A stretch of 64,000 nt of DNA. Origin: Gammaproteobacteria bacterium. Lineage in GTDB: Bacteria > Pseudomonadota > Gammaproteobacteria > GCA-001735895. The first letter of the stretch is position 1, and every line of letters begins with the position of its first letter. Of the stretch, positions 19,677 through 28,998 are shown piece after piece. The notes beneath the pieces were generated by a model, which saw only the letters and a program-made list of their open reading frames with translations, searched no databases and had not been told where the DNA came from. Both the position numbers and the translations under genes were made by a program. The stretch is taken from assembly GCA_030066085.1 (NCBI GenBank), contig JASJCI010000022.1:6644-70643 (forward strand), given 5' to 3'.

Positions 19677-20693
19677 TCAGAGACCGACCACCAGCAGCAG
19701 CGCGCCGATAATCCACATCCAGGTACTGGAGGACTCTTCCTCCGGCGGCTGCTCGACGGGCACGGGCGCTGCCGTGGCCTCGAACTGCTGCGTTTCCTGT
19801 TGATCGAGAAATCCGGAAGGTAGCGAGACACGCTCCTCGATCAACAGGGTTTCACCGGTGGCAGTACCGTATTCACCCATCGCCATCAGGATTTGCACCT
19901 CTTCGTCCGTGGTCAGGGTAATGGCGCCCTCGAGCACCACCGCGTGCAGCTTGGCCCCGGGATCGTTGCGACTGACGGTCTGTTCACAGTCGTCGGATTT
20001 ACACAGCTTGACCACGTAGTCGGTGCCGCGGATACCGATCGTCGCCAGCCCGGTCTGCACCTGGTAATTGGCCAGTGCGCTGTTGCCGATGGAGCCGGTG
20101 ATCTTGCGCAGCCCGCCGCGCAACAGGTCGAGTATGCTGCTGCTGTTCTCGTCGTAGCCGGGAGTAATCGTGTATTCGCTGATCTTGACCACCGAGTCGG
20201 GCTTGAGATAAATCTCCGCGCCGTCGTCCATGATCAGGAACAGGGTCGAATCGAGCGCGGTTTCGATCCGATCGCCTTCGAAAATCCGCGAATTGATCTG
20301 CAGCTGGGTGGTCCTGTCGTTGATGTCGCGCGCGCTCGCGGAACCCGTCATGCGGGCGACGTAACCGGCGCGCGTCTTGGGCGCCAGGTCTTCCTGGTAG
20401 ACCCGCTTGATATCGACCAGCTTGAGGCGCGTACCGGGTACCAGCTCCTCGGAGTACTGGCGGAACGAGGTCGGGTTCCACTCGATCAGTTTTTCCTTTA
20501 TCTGCGGCCACAGGTCACGGTCGCGCGGGTAAATGCGGGCAATGATCTCGTCGATGCTCATCCCCGGTGCAATCTTGAGAATCACGCGCGACGAGGGCAC
20601 GAGCTCGATCTTGGTCGCGGCCAGGGTGGCCGTCGAGTAAGCGCTGCATGACAAGATCGCGAGCAGGAGTCCCAGTATCAAGTTCTTGTTCAA
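19677..20693 (-). CDS. Signal-peptide protein with an N-terminal LysM-like (FimV-N-like) region, a central FecR-like domain and a C-terminal hydrophobic anchor
   Basis: 338 aa. Signal peptide MNKNLILGLLLAILSCSA. Region ILKIAPGMSIDEIIARIYP...NPTSF...GTRLKL is LysM-like. IGIRGTDYVV is the FecR-domain signature. The C-terminus, WMWIIGALLLVVGL, is hydrophobic. Confidence 0.6.
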   Translation of the reverse strand: MNKNLILGLLLAILSCSAYSTATLAATKIELVPSSRVILKIAPGMSIDEIIARIYPRDRDLWPQIKEKLIEWNPTSFRQYSEELVPGTRLKLVDIKRVYQEDLAPKTRAGYVARMTGSASARDINDRTTQLQINSRIFEGDRIETALDSTLFLIMDDGAEIYLKPDSVVKISEYTITPGYDENSSSILDLLRGGLRKITGSIGNSALANYQVQTGLATIGIRGTDYVVKLCKSDDCEQTVSRNDPGAKLHAVVLEGAITLTTDEEVQILMAMGEYGTATGETLLIEERVSLPSGFLDQQETQQFEATAAPVPVEQPPEEESSSTWMWIIGALLLVVGL

Positions 20694-20989
20694 GCTTCTT
20701 TACCTTCTTGCATCAGGGTTATGTCTTCAGCCTTCCACGGCGCCTCGGTAACCAGGTGCGCGGTGACCCGCAAGATTACGAGATCATTTTCGTCGAGCTT
20801 CTCGCTCCTCCGACTGTTGACGGCCTCGATCGCTCCGTAAACGCTCTCCGGGGTCCACGGGGGCGCATACATCAACGCGCCGGTGTCTCGGCAATCGCGC
20901 ATCGAGCTGGCGATTGCGGGCCTCGAGCGAGTCGTTCCCGCGTCTCGGCATTGCAACGATATCGCGACGATCGACAGGCATTTGCACAC
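20690..20989 (-). CDS. Hypothetical small protein. Its stop overlaps the start of the LysM/FecR-like gene (ATGA); its start is uncertain.
   Basis: The ORF is in frame and positioned for translational coupling. No recognisable family, no clear SD. It could be 5' UTR rather than coding. Confidence 0.25.
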   Translation of the reverse strand: MCKCLSIVAISLQCRDAGTTRSRPAIASSMRDCRDTGALMYAPPWTPESVYGAIEAVNSRRSEKLDENDLVILRVTAHLVTEAPWKAEDITLMQEGKEA

Positions 20990-21079
20990 CGAAGATTCAA
21001 CAGGAGTATAGTTTCGCCTGCTCCAAACGCAGCGAAAAACGTCGCTTTTGGCCAGGTGCGCCCGGCCAATGTGAAATAG

Positions 21080-21922
21080 TTATCCGAATTTTTTGGCAGT
21101 AATTATCGGTTTTCGAGTGTGGGAATCCACAAAAAACCAGTCTTCGGCGTCGTTATCGACGCGCAGCGCCACCAGGTGACCACCCCAGACACAACCACCG
21201 TCGAGCGCGTAAAAACGATCGTAATGACCGACCTGCAGCGTCGACCAGTGGCCGAAACAGACCCGCAAATCCGCCGGCAGCGCCGATTTCAGCTGGAACC
21301 AGGGCACCATGCCGCGATGCTGCCGGGGAGTACCGCTGGCGTTGAAATCCAGCCTTCCCCTGCGGTCGAAGAAACGCATGCGGGTCATGATATTGGTGAT
21401 GCAGCGCAGGCGTTTCATGCCGCCGAGGTCGTCGGACCAGCGATTGGGGCCGTCACCGTACATCTTGCCCAGGAATTTGGCCGCCCCGTCACCGCGCAGG
21501 GCCTGCTCGACCTCGGCCGCCAGCGAGCGTGCCTGGCGCAGCGACCAGGCCGGATGAATGCCGGCGTGCACCAGCAACGCGCGGTGTTTCTTGCTGTAAT
21601 GCAGCATCGGCCGTTTGCGCAGCCAGCGCAGCAGCTTGTCGCAGTCTGGGCTGTCGAGTATCTGACTGAGACTGTCGAGGTTGCGCTTGTGAACGCCGTG
21701 GGCCAGCGCCAGCAGGTGCAGGTCGTGGTTACCGAGTACCGTGATCGCGCGCTTGCCGAAGGACTTGACCAGCTGCAGGGTTTTCAGCGAATCGGGGCCG
21801 CGGCTGACGAGATCGCCGCAAAACCAGAGCTTGTCGTCGGCCGGATCGAACTGAATTTTGTCCAGCAGGCGGCAGAGCTCCTCGTAGCAACCCTGCACGT
21901 CGCCGATTGCGTAAATAGCCAC
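21080..21922 (-). CDS. apaH: Bis(5'-nucleosyl)-tetraphosphatase (symmetrical)
   Basis: 280 aa with MAIYAIGDVQGCYEEL and GDLVSRGPDS metallophosphatase motifs. Confidence 0.9.
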   Translation of the reverse strand: MAIYAIGDVQGCYEELCRLLDKIQFDPADDKLWFCGDLVSRGPDSLKTLQLVKSFGKRAITVLGNHDLHLLALAHGVHKRNLDSLSQILDSPDCDKLLRWLRKRPMLHYSKKHRALLVHAGIHPAWSLRQARSLAAEVEQALRGDGAAKFLGKMYGDGPNRWSDDLGGMKRLRCITNIMTRMRFFDRRGRLDFNASGTPRQHRGMVPWFQLKSALPADLRVCFGHWSTLQVGHYDRFYALDGGCVWGGHLVALRVDNDAEDWFFVDSHTRKPIITAKKFG

Positions 21923-21932
21923 AAGCTAGAGC

Positions 21933-22316
21933 TTAGTGCAGAACGCGGGGTGTTGACAGCACAAATTCATCGATCTGCGCATCGAAGTGGGTTCCGTCCT
22001 CGGCCTGCATCTGGTAACTGCCCTTCATGGTGCCGACCGAGGTCTCGAGCATCGTGCCGGAGGTATACACGAACTGCTCGCCGGGCTTGAGTTCGGGCTG
22101 TTCACCGACCACGCCGTCACCGCGCACTTCCTGCACTTTCTGGTTCGAATCGGTGATCACCCAGTGCCGCGTCAGCAGCTTGGCGCCCTGGCGCCCCTTG
22201 TTCTGAATCGTGATGGTATAGGCGAAGACGTAATAATTCTGCTCGGGATTCGACTGATCCTCGATGTAGCGGGTTTCGACATCGACCTGGATATTGTTCA
22301 ACCCTGATTCGGTCAT
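21933..22316 (-). CDS. apaG: ApaG (DUF525) protein
   Basis: Trimmed to MTESGLNNIQVDV... (127 aa). The ORF track's 321-aa call is a GC-driven upstream extension. The ApaG core GEQPELKPGEQFVYTSG is conserved. Confidence 0.85.
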   Translation of the reverse strand: MTESGLNNIQVDVETRYIEDQSNPEQNYYVFAYTITIQNKGRQGAKLLTRHWVITDSNQKVQEVRGDGVVGEQPELKPGEQFVYTSGTMLETSVGTMKGSYQMQAEDGTHFDAQIDEFVLSTPRVLH

Positions 22317-22348
22317 CTGGCTGTGATACCTGTTCTGCGTTGATTCGA

Positions 22349-23143
22349 TTATACCGCCACCGCGGCCTTGATGTGCTCGTGGTACTGGTAATTCTGCAGC
22401 TCGAAGTCCTCGTAGCGAAACTCGAAGATATCCCTGACCTTCGGGTTGATCGACATTTGTGGCAGGTCGAAGGGCTTGCGCGTCAGCTGCAGGCGCGCCT
22501 GCTGCAGGTGATTGGTGTAGAGATGCGCGTCGCCGAGGGTATGCACGAATTCGCCGGGGCGATAGCCCGTCACCTGGGCAACCATCATCAGCAGCAGCGC
22601 GTAGGACGCAATGTTGAACGGCACGCCGAGAAAGATGTCGGCGCTGCGCTGGTAGAGCTGGCAGGACAGGCGGCCGTCCGCGACATAGAACTGGAAGAAC
22701 GCGTGGCAGGGCGGCAGCGCCATGCGATCGAGTTCGGCCACGTTCCAGGCGCTGACGATCAGCCGGCGCGAATCGGGACGGGTCCTGATGTCCTCGATCA
22801 ACTGCTGGATCTGGTCTACCGTCTGGCCGTCCGCGCCGCGCCAGGATCGCCACTGGGCGCCATAGACCGGGCCGAGTTCGCCGTTTTCGTCGGCCCACTC
22901 GTCCCAGATCCGGACCTTGTTATCCGTGAGGTAACCGATATTGGTGTCACCCTGCAGGAACCACAGCAGTTCGTGGATGATGGAGTGCAGGTGCAGTTTC
23001 TTGGTCGTGACCAGCGGGAACCCGTCCTCGAGATCGAAACGCATCTGGTAGCCGAAGACCGACAGGGTGCCGGTGCCGGTACGGTCGGTTTTTTCACTGC
23101 CGTTTTGCAGCACGTGGGACATGAGCTCAAGATATTGCTGCAT
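22349..23143 (-). CDS. thyA: Thymidylate synthase
   Basis: Start trimmed to MQQYLELM. Motifs RTGTGT, LPPCH and AHLY are present. GGGGAGG SD. Confidence 0.9.
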   Translation of the reverse strand: MQQYLELMSHVLQNGSEKTDRTGTGTLSVFGYQMRFDLEDGFPLVTTKKLHLHSIIHELLWFLQGDTNIGYLTDNKVRIWDEWADENGELGPVYGAQWRSWRGADGQTVDQIQQLIEDIRTRPDSRRLIVSAWNVAELDRMALPPCHAFFQFYVADGRLSCQLYQRSADIFLGVPFNIASYALLLMMVAQVTGYRPGEFVHTLGDAHLYTNHLQQARLQLTRKPFDLPQMSINPKVRDIFEFRYEDFELQNYQYHEHIKAAVAV

Positions 23144-23969
23144 TCGAACCTCCCCGTTTGGCCAGTACCAGCAGGACAACGCCCACTATAATCATTGGCA
23201 ACGATAATACAATCCCGCGCGTCAGCCAGTCGGTGCCGAGCAGGTAGCCGAGGTGCGCGTCGGGCAAACGAATGAATTCCACCCCGCTGCGAAACAGGCC
23301 GTAGAACAGCAGGAAGCAGGCCGAAATCAGCATCACCGGCCGCGGCCTGCGTGCCAGTAACCACAGGATCGCAAACAGCACGAAGCCCTCGAGCAGCATT
23401 TCGTAGAGCTGGGTCGGGTGGCGCGGGCTGAAACACAGCGGGCCGGCGAAATCGGCGTAAAGCTCGGGCGGAAACTGTTCGCAGGACAGCTGCATCGCCC
23501 ACGGCACCCGCCCCGGCGCGCCCCAGAGCTCGGCATTGATGAAATTGCCGAGGCGGCCGGCGGCGAGCCCGAGCGGTACCATCGGCGCGATAAAATCGGT
23601 CAGCTGCCAGAAACCGCAGCCGTACTTGCGGCGGGCGAATTCCATCGCCAGCAGCACGCCGACGAAACCGCCGTGAAACGACATGCCGCCTTCCCAGATG
23701 CGCAACAGGTAAACGGGATCCTGCACGAAGCTGCTCCAGTTGTAGAACAGCACCGAGCCGATGCGTCCGCCGAGCACCGCGCCGAGCGCACCGTAAAACA
23801 CCAGGTCGTCGATCTGCGCCGGCGTCACCGGGCTGTGCGCCCGCTTCGCCTGGTATTTACCCAGCGCCCAGGCGCTGCCGAAAGCGACCAGGTACATCAG
23901 CCCGTACCAGTGGATCTTGATCGGGCCCAGCGCAATCGCGACCGGGTCTATCGTCGGGTAGGCAATCAT
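23127..23969 (-). CDS. lgt: Prolipoprotein diacylglyceryl transferase
   Basis: 280 aa. HWYGLMY near the N-terminus and the Lgt signature region GGRIG. Overlaps the thyA start, the usual lgt-thyA arrangement. Confidence 0.9.
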   Translation of the reverse strand: MIAYPTIDPVAIALGPIKIHWYGLMYLVAFGSAWALGKYQAKRAHSPVTPAQIDDLVFYGALGAVLGGRIGSVLFYNWSSFVQDPVYLLRIWEGGMSFHGGFVGVLLAMEFARRKYGCGFWQLTDFIAPMVPLGLAAGRLGNFINAELWGAPGRVPWAMQLSCEQFPPELYADFAGPLCFSPRHPTQLYEMLLEGFVLFAILWLLARRPRPVMLISACFLLFYGLFRSGVEFIRLPDAHLGYLLGTDWLTRGIVLSLPMIIVGVVLLVLAKRGGSNAAIS

Positions 23970-24084
23970 CGGGAATAACGGATTGGGCGACAGGTCGGCA
24001 TCTCAGGACGCGATACTATTATCTAAGCGGGATAATTACCACGGCCGGGCGTTGCCGGCTGATCGCCGGCATCGGCGACCGCTT

Positions 24085-24450
24085 TCAGTCGACGAACAGC
24101 ACCAGGCCCCAGACCGCGACCAGCAGCAGGATCGCGAGCGCAACCGCGGCCGAGCCCATGTCCTTGGCCCGGCCGGCAAGCTCGTGTTGTTCTGCGCCGA
24201 AGCGATCGACCGTGGCCTCGATGGCCGAGTTCAGGATTTCGACCAGCGGCAGCAGCAGTGCGCTGCCGATCAGCAGGGCCTTTTCGGTGCCGCCGTCACC
24301 GAGATACAAACCCAGTGGCAACAGCAGTACACACAGCCAGGTTTCCTGGCGAAACGCTTCCTCGTGGCGATAGGCGGCGCGCAATCCCTGCCACGAATAT
24401 TGCGTGGCCTTGATCACGCGTACCAGGCCCCTGTTTCCACTGTAAGCCAT
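24085..24450 (-). CDS. dgkA: Diacylglycerol kinase
   Basis: 121 aa, three TM segments, EILNSAIEATVDR motif. Confidence 0.85.
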   Translation of the reverse strand: MAYSGNRGLVRVIKATQYSWQGLRAAYRHEEAFRQETWLCVLLLPLGLYLGDGGTEKALLIGSALLLPLVEILNSAIEATVDRFGAEQHELAGRAKDMGSAAVALAILLLVAVWGLVLFVD

Positions 24451-24547
24451 GTCGTACTCCCCGCGGAATCGGCGATCGGGTCAGCCGGGTGAGGGCCTGC
24501 AGGCAACGATCGAATGTGCCTATGAAGCGCGGTCGCGGTCGAGCGGA

Positions 24548-24937
24548 TCAGTCGTCTTCGGCAATACTCTCGGCGTAAGACTCGTGATCGAGCAGGTCGC
24601 TGACTTCCTCGGCATCTTCCATCGATACCTTGTACATCCAGCCGTCACCGTAGGGATCCTGGTTGATCCGCTCCGGTGCATCCTCGAGTTCGCTGTTGAC
24701 CTCGACGACTTCACCGGTGACCGGCGCGTAGGAGTCGGACGCCGCCTTGACCGATTCGATGACGCCGACCGAGTCGCCCGCCGATACGGAGCTGCCCTCC
24801 TCGGGTAACTCGATATACACCAGGTCACCGAGCAGTTCCTGCGCGTGGTCGGTTATTCCAACGGTGGCGACGTCGCCCTCGATCAGCACCCACTCGTGTG
24901 ACGACATGTATTTCAGGTCGCTTGGTACATCGCTCAT
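24548..24937 (-). CDS. gcvH: Glycine cleavage system H protein (lipoyl carrier)
   Basis: 129 aa. SHEWV, a lipoyl-lysine context ESVKAASD and an acidic C-terminus. Confidence 0.9.
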   Translation of the reverse strand: MSDVPSDLKYMSSHEWVLIEGDVATVGITDHAQELLGDLVYIELPEEGSSVSAGDSVGVIESVKAASDSYAPVTGEVVEVNSELEDAPERINQDPYGDGWMYKVSMEDAEEVSDLLDHESYAESIAEDD

Positions 24938-25187
24938 AGATGATTACCCCCATCGTTTAGGTGGAATTCCCGGCGCGCGGGAAGCTAAGCCTGCCTCGTC
25001 CTGTCTTCGCCCGACAGCTGCAGCCTGCGCAAGCATAGTCCGAGTCGAAAACGATTTCAAAGCATAAACGCCGTTAGCGCGCGCCCGCGTACCGGTGGCC
25101 CGGGTCGGCTGCGGATTAGCAAGTAGTCCCCCGCTGCCTGCTCCTCGAGCAGCTGCCCGTTCACAGCCTTCGCTTCCGCCGGCGAGA

Positions 25188-26372
25188 TCAGGTGATGTTC
25201 TGCACCGCTTTTTGCATCAGCGCTCGCTTGAACCAGGGGGTGTTTTCGACGGTCCGCATGCCCAGGTCACGCAGCAGGACCAGGGGCGGCAGCGACTGCC
25301 CGTAAAACCACTTGAGCGCACCGAATCCCTGCCCCGCGAGCCAGGTTTCGCTTTTTCGCTGGCGTGCATAGCGGCGCAGCGGCCGCAACCCGATCGGGCG
25401 CGACGGATCGACCAGCAGCTGCGCCAGCAAATCGACGTCGCTGAAGCCGAGATTGACCCCCTGTCCCGCGAGCGGATGCACCGCGTGCGCGGCGTCGCCG
25501 ATCAACAGCACCCGGCGCATCAGCCATTCGTCACAAACCTGCCACACTAGCGGCAGTTGCCGGCGCGCGCTGCAGGCGGTGACCGCGCCCAGGCGATATT
25601 CGAATGCGTCGCCGAGTGCAGCGCAAAAACCGCTATCGTCGAGCGCCGCGACTTCGGCGGCGAAGTCGTCGTCGCAGGACCACACGATCGAGCTCTGGCC
25701 GTTGGCCAGCGGCAGGAACGCGAGCGGGCCGGTGGCGAGAAATCGCTGCCAGGCGGTGTGTTGATGCGGCCGCTCGGTGGACACGTTGGCCACCAGCGCG
25801 GTCTGGCCGTAACTGCCGGCGCGCACCTGCATGCCCGCCAGCCTGCGCGTCGGCGAGCCGCGGCCGTCGGCAGCGAGCAGCAGCTGCGCGCGCAGTACCG
25901 CGCCCGACTCCAGGCGCAGCGTCAGTCCCGAGTCGTCGTCGTCCAGCAGTGCCTGCACCCGGTCGGGCCGATACCACTGGATACCGGCCTGTTCGTGGCA
26001 GGCCTGCTGCAGGGCGTGCTGGACCAGCCGGTTTTCGACGATCGCGCCGAGGTTGTCGCGCGCGATATCGGCCGCGTCGAATTCGACCCGGGCGGACCCG
26101 TGCTGGTGCCAGATCGACATCTGCTCGTAATAACAGACTCGCGCCGCCGGCAGCCGCTGCCAGATGCCGAGTGTTTCCAGGATCGCGCGCGAGCGCGGGC
26201 TGATGGCGGATACGCGCAGATCGTATTGATCGTCGGCCCGCGGTAGCTCGGCGGGCTCGACGCTGGCTTCGATCAACGCCACGCGGTACCCGTTTTGCGC
26301 CAGCGCGTAGGCCGCGCAGGCACCGACCATGCCGGCGCCGGCAACCGCGATATCGAATTCGCCGTCGCTCAC
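25188..26372 (-). CDS. ubiI: FAD-dependent ubiquinone biosynthesis hydroxylase, UbiI/VisC-like
   Basis: GTG start at 26372 overlapping the ubiH stop (GTGA). FDIAVAGAGMVGA dinucleotide-binding fold and a DAAHAVHPLAGQGVNLG FAD fingerprint. Sits in the position of visC in the E. coli/Pseudomonas pepP-ubiH-visC operon. Confidence 0.8.
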   Translation of the reverse strand: MSDGEFDIAVAGAGMVGACAAYALAQNGYRVALIEASVEPAELPRADDQYDLRVSAISPRSRAILETLGIWQRLPAARVCYYEQMSIWHQHGSARVEFDAADIARDNLGAIVENRLVQHALQQACHEQAGIQWYRPDRVQALLDDDDSGLTLRLESGAVLRAQLLLAADGRGSPTRRLAGMQVRAGSYGQTALVANVSTERPHQHTAWQRFLATGPLAFLPLANGQSSIVWSCDDDFAAEVAALDDSGFCAALGDAFEYRLGAVTACSARRQLPLVWQVCDEWLMRRVLLIGDAAHAVHPLAGQGVNLGFSDVDLLAQLLVDPSRPIGLRPLRRYARQRKSETWLAGQGFGALKWFYGQSLPPLVLLRDLGMRTVENTPWFKRALMQKAVQNIT

Positions 26373-27577
26373 AGGCGACCACGCAGCAGGCGGTTGCCGC
26401 CGAAAGCCATACCCATGCCCGCCAGCGCCACCTGCGCCTTGAGCGCCGGCAGCAGGTCGAGCAGGCCGAGCGCCGCCGAACGCGTCGTGTCGACCAGCGG
26501 CAAACGGTTCGAAAACAGCGACACCAGACCGTCGCCGTAGCTGATCACGCGCAACTGTTCGCGATCGCGCAGTGCCTGGAACGCACCACCGAGCCCGTCC
26601 AGCGCGGTGTCGTCCAGGCCGTCCGCCGCGCGTTCGCACATGGCTTCGTACAGCCAGGCCACGTCGCGCAATGCCAGGTTGAATCCCTGCCCGGCGACCG
26701 GGTGTAGCGCGTTGGCGGCGTTGCCGATGACGATACAGCGCCCGCGGTGCAGGACTTCCGCACGCGTGCGCCGTATTGGCAGCACGAAGCGCGCGCCACT
26801 GCGCTCGATGGATCCGAGGCGATAACCGAACGCCTGTTGCAGCGCGGCGCGGAAATCATCGTCATCGAGCGCGGCGGTGGCTTCGGCACCGGCGGGGTCG
26901 AGGGTCCACACGCAGGCGTAGCGTCGACCGCCGAGCGGCAGCATTGCCAGCGGACCCTGCGGCGTGAAACGCTCGAAGGCCCAGCCGTCGCGCGGGGTAC
27001 CGATCTCGACGTTGCAGATCAGCACGGACTGGCCATAGTCGAGGGTTTCGTGGCCGATGCCGAGCGCAGCGCGCGCCGCCGACTGGGCGCCGTCCGCAAT
27101 CAGCGCGAGTCGCGCCTGCAGCTCGCGAGATTCATCCTGCTGGCGGCAGCGCAGCTGCACCGGCACGCCGTCCTCGATCGCTTCGAACGCCGCCGACTCC
27201 CACAGCTCGATACCGTCGTCGGCATCGACCGCGTCGAGCAGGCAGCGCATCAGCGCCTGGCTCTCGATGACGAAACCGAGCGCATCGAGATCGTAATCGG
27301 CGGCGTCGAGCCGGGATACGCCCCAGCTGCCGCGCGCCGATATATGGATGCGCCTGATAGGTGCGGCAACAGCCTCGATCGCGGGCCAGGTTCCGAGCGC
27401 GCGGAATATCTGCCGACTGCTCCAGGACAGCGCAATCGAACGCGCGTTCAACCCGCTCGCCTCTTCCCGGCGCAGGTCGGCCGCCTCGATGATCGCGACA
27501 CGCGCCGCCGTTTGCCGCAGCGCCAGGGCCGCGCACAGCCCGATGGGTCCGCCGCCGATGATCGCGATGTCGTGCAT
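26369..27577 (-). CDS. ubiH: 2-octaprenyl-6-methoxyphenol hydroxylase
   Basis: Start trimmed to MHDIAIIGGGPIGL, directly after the pepP stop. NAANALHPVAGQGFNLALRD fingerprint. Confidence 0.8.
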   Translation of the reverse strand: MHDIAIIGGGPIGLCAALALRQTAARVAIIEAADLRREEASGLNARSIALSWSSRQIFRALGTWPAIEAVAAPIRRIHISARGSWGVSRLDAADYDLDALGFVIESQALMRCLLDAVDADDGIELWESAAFEAIEDGVPVQLRCRQQDESRELQARLALIADGAQSAARAALGIGHETLDYGQSVLICNVEIGTPRDGWAFERFTPQGPLAMLPLGGRRYACVWTLDPAGAEATAALDDDDFRAALQQAFGYRLGSIERSGARFVLPIRRTRAEVLHRGRCIVIGNAANALHPVAGQGFNLALRDVAWLYEAMCERAADGLDDTALDGLGGAFQALRDREQLRVISYGDGLVSLFSNRLPLVDTTRSAALGLLDLLPALKAQVALAGMGMAFGGNRLLRGRL

Positions 27578-28881
27578 CAACTCGCCATCAGGTTTTCGAT
27601 TTCCTGCGCCTTGCGCGGCAGTGCGTCGGTCAGGATTTCGTAGCCGTCTCGGGTGACCAGCACGTCGTCCTCGATGCGAATGCCGATATCCCACCACTTG
27701 CGCCGCACACCGCGGCTGCCGGCCGGGATGTAGATACCGGGCTCGATGGTCATGACCATGCCGGGTTCGAGCAGGCGCCACTGGTCGCCCACCTTGTAAT
27801 CGCCGACGTCGTGCACGTCGAGACCGAGCCAGTGGCCGGTGCGGTGCATGTAAAACCTGCGATAGGCCTGGTCCTTGATCAGCTTGTTGAGGTTGCCCTT
27901 GAGCAGCTTGAGTTCGATCAGTCCGCGCGTGATGCTGCGCACGGCGGCGTTGTGCGGGTCGTTCCAGTGATTTCCGGGTTTGACCTTCTTGATCGCCGCC
28001 TGGTGAGCCGCGAGCACGACGTCATAGACCTCGCGCTGGGCCGGCGTATAGCGGCCGTTGATCGGAAAGGTGCGCGTGATGTCGGAGGCGTAACCCTCGA
28101 CCTCGCAGCCCGCATCGATCAGCAGCAGGTCGCCGTCCTGTAGCTGGTCCTGGTTATCGGTGTAATGCAGGATACAGCCGTTGCCACCGCCACCGACGAT
28201 CGCCGGGTAGGCATGGTCGACGTTGTTGCGACGATACTCGTGGTCGAACTCGGCCGCGATTTCGTACTCGTGTTTGCCCGGCGCGCAAAGCTGCATCGCG
28301 CGCTGGTGCGCGCGCACGTTGATCGCGGCCGCCTTGCGCATCAGGCGCAGTTCCTCGCGGCTCTTGTACAGGCGCATGTCGTGCAGGATGTAGTCCAGCG
28401 CGACGAACTCGGAAGGTACGTGTACCCCGGATCGCGCCTGCGCCTTGATATGGTTGATCCAGCCAATCAGGCGCTTGTCGAAATCGGGGTAATTGCCGAT
28501 GGTGTAATAGATGCTGTCCTTGCCCTCGAGCATGCCGGGCAGGATATCGTCGATGTCGTCGATCGGAAAAGAGTCGTCGGCGCCGTAGGTCTCGATAGCG
28601 CCTTCCTGGCCGGCACGGCGGCCGTTCCAGGTTTCCTGCTCGGGATCTTTTTCGCGACAGAACAGGATGTATTCACCGTGCTTGCGGCCAGGTACCAGCA
28701 CCAGCACCGCGTCGGGTTCCTTGAAACCGGTCAGGTAGAGGAAATCGCTGTGCTGGCGGAACGGAAAATGCACGTCCTGGTTACGAATGATTTCGCTCGC
28801 CGAGGGCAGGATCGCGATCGTGTTGCGCCCCATCATTTTCATCAGCTGGCTGCGACGGCGTTTGAATTCGGCTGGTTTCAT
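27577..28881 (-). CDS. pepP: Xaa-Pro aminopeptidase
   Basis: 434 aa. The M24B metal-ligand blocks (DAGCEVEGYASDITRT, HRTGHWLGLDVHD, EPGIY) are present. Confidence 0.9.
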   Translation of the reverse strand: MKPAEFKRRRSQLMKMMGRNTIAILPSASEIIRNQDVHFPFRQHSDFLYLTGFKEPDAVLVLVPGRKHGEYILFCREKDPEQETWNGRRAGQEGAIETYGADDSFPIDDIDDILPGMLEGKDSIYYTIGNYPDFDKRLIGWINHIKAQARSGVHVPSEFVALDYILHDMRLYKSREELRLMRKAAAINVRAHQRAMQLCAPGKHEYEIAAEFDHEYRRNNVDHAYPAIVGGGGNGCILHYTDNQDQLQDGDLLLIDAGCEVEGYASDITRTFPINGRYTPAQREVYDVVLAAHQAAIKKVKPGNHWNDPHNAAVRSITRGLIELKLLKGNLNKLIKDQAYRRFYMHRTGHWLGLDVHDVGDYKVGDQWRLLEPGMVMTIEPGIYIPAGSRGVRRKWWDIGIRIEDDVLVTRDGYEILTDALPRKAQEIENLMAS

Positions 28882-28998
28882 GGGACTCCTGAAGTGCTGG
28901 GTAACGCGCTTGTTTTTACGGATCGGTTGCGCTGACAGTTTACTTAATTCGCGTCCGGAATTAACCAGCCTGTCACCGCCTCGGGGCAGTATCGCCCT

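Noticed and set aside
24938-25187. Possible glycine riboswitch in the 250-bp leader of gcvH
   Set aside because: I could not recognise the conserved glycine-aptamer core motifs by eye. It needs cmsearch (RF00504) before any claim can be made.
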